Source: Cenococcum geophilum (lineage: Eukaryota). Taken from it: a stretch of 64,000 nucleotides of DNA. The translations under genes and the position numbers were made by a program. Of this stretch, positions 62,786-64,000 are shown piece by piece. The DNA lies in assembly GCA_050273025.1 (NCBI GenBank), contig CP158635.1, forward strand, positions 7,750,001 through 7,814,000. Reading direction: 5' to 3'. How positions within the stretch are numbered: position 1 is the first letter of the stretch; each line of letters starts with the position of its first letter. The notes under the pieces are model-generated. The model was not told the DNA's origin, did no database searches, and worked only from the letters and a program-made list of their open reading frames with translations.

Positions 62786-64000
62786 TCAATCACTCGTCAA
62801 TGAAACCTTTTCGAGCTGATGTAGCTCTGCCGGCAGATCCTTCAGAACCCCCATCTTTGCAATCCTGAAAGCAAGGCCACAAATCGACCTCTTCTCCTGT
62901 TTTCCCGCATCGTTCTCGAACCAGGCCCAGGCACTATCAAGCTGGTCTAGGATGCCGTCCTTTTCAATAATCTCCCGATCGTTGGCATCACCACCCGCCA
63001 GGATCTTCGGCATCAACCATCCTGTCAGCACATATTGGAGCCCTAGTCGCTCTTCGGATGTAATTTCGCATCGATGAAATGCGTCTTCGACTTCCGTGCG
63101 ATCCCGAGAGAACTTCTGTAGCCACATGACGGCGCTGACCATGATCTTGCACCTGTACATGACCTCTGGTTCCTTGGCCAGAGATTTCTTCTCGTGTGCT
63201 TTTCCAGCTGCGATCTCGTCTGCATCGGACTCTGAGAGGATGTGATCAATCAGACATATCATGGTGTCCATGCTGGGGTTCGGTGTGAAGGGCGCATACT
63301 TCTTCATTATCTTCTTCAGCTCTAGATCTTGGTCCTTAGGAAATTTAAGACCCTTGAAAGCATTGCGCACAGCAAGCGGGTAGTCCTTTTTCTGGACTTC
63401 TAGGAACTTTTGAAATATGTCCAAGTCTTCCTTAAATTCTTTCGCCCGATTCGACTCTTTAAGTTCCTGCAATTCGTCAAGGTACGCGCCCAGTCTATGT
63501 TTATTGCCAAATCGGCTACGTGTTCGAGCCATGACGAGATGGTGCAGCTGCTCAAGGAGCAAATCTCCAGACTGGACGAGACCGTTCAAAGCGTCGAGAA
63601 TCCTTTCTTCCTCTACGGACGCCACTCCTTCCATGCTCTTGTACAGGATATCATGGCCTGCTTCTGCCCAGGCGTGTGTCATTGCCGACACGACCTGGAT
63701 CTCGACCATATCGGTCGCTTTCCAGTCGTACTTTTCAGTACCATGATCTGGCTTCATGCGTACTCGGTAATGTTCCGCAGTATAGCCCAAGTTTCGTGGC
63801 CGGTAACCACTCTTTCTCGGTTCTGGAAGTTCCTTCGGATCATGAGGCCTCTCAACGAAGTCAGGCGGTTTGTCTCCGAAGATGGATTTGATAATGGTCT
63901 TGACGGTGTCGCGTTGGATCTGGCTCGGCATATAGAGGATGATACGCACGCCCGCAAGGTCAACGATGTCCTCCATGATTTCCTTTGGATCGGCATAGTG
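62786..64000 (-). CDS. RelA/SpoT synthetase-domain protein (small alarmone synthetase-like), 5'-partial
   Basis: Intact ORF of at least 396 aa with normal GC and no RIP-type stops. Motifs DLAGVRII, GYTAEHYRV and EIQV..AMTHAWAEAGHDILYK. The frame stays open past 63976 to the window edge (HYADPKEI-MEDIV..). Confidence 0.9.
   Translation of the reverse strand, partial: HYADPKEIMEDIVDLAGVRIILYMPSQIQRDTVKTIIKSIFGDKPPDFVERPHDPKELPEPRKSGYRPRNLGYTAEHYRVRMKPDHGTEKYDWKATDMVEIQVVSAMTHAWAEAGHDILYKSMEGVASVEEERILDALNGLVQSGDLLLEQLHHLVMARTRSRFGNKHRLGAYLDELQELKESNRAKEFKEDLDIFQKFLEVQKKDYPLAVRNAFKGLKFPKDQDLELKKIMKKYAPFTPNPSMDTMICLIDHILSESDADEIAAGKAHEKKSLAKEPEVMYRCKIMVSAVMWLQKFSRDRTEVEDAFHRCEITSEERLGLQYVLTGWLMPKILAGGDANDREIIEKDGILDQLDSAWAWFENDAGKQEKRSICGLAFRIAKMGVLKDLPAELHQLEKVSLTSD

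Noticed and set aside
63043..63996. Alternative ORFs overlapping the RelA/SpoT CDS
   Set aside because: Shadow frames of the real gene

Overview
Fungal (most likely Pezizomycotina) AT-rich transposon nest. Nearly all of 1-62310 is degenerate repeat DNA with a RIP-type signature: abundant TpA, CAG/CAA/TGG codons turned into stops, and LTR pairs differing mostly by C>T/G>A. Target-site duplications (TSDs), LTRs, TIRs and protein motifs resolve: two Tad1-like LINEs, two Ty3/Gypsy and two Ty1/Copia LTR elements, a 1.7-kb gag-only LTR element, two related solo LTRs, two hAT and two pogo/Fot1 DNA transposons, and three MITEs, nested up to four levels deep. The most notable signal is four ~0.9-1.15-kb non-coding retroposons with 11-16-bp TSDs and simple-repeat tails, each carrying an HDV-like self-cleaving-ribozyme fold at or near its 5' end. 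The fold covaries between two subfamilies, and in three copies the predicted cleavage G is the first base of the element. The only intact host-type gene is a RelA/SpoT (small alarmone synthetase-like) protein at the right edge, which runs off the window. All calls were made by eye; internal ORF boundaries in RIP-mutated elements are approximate.
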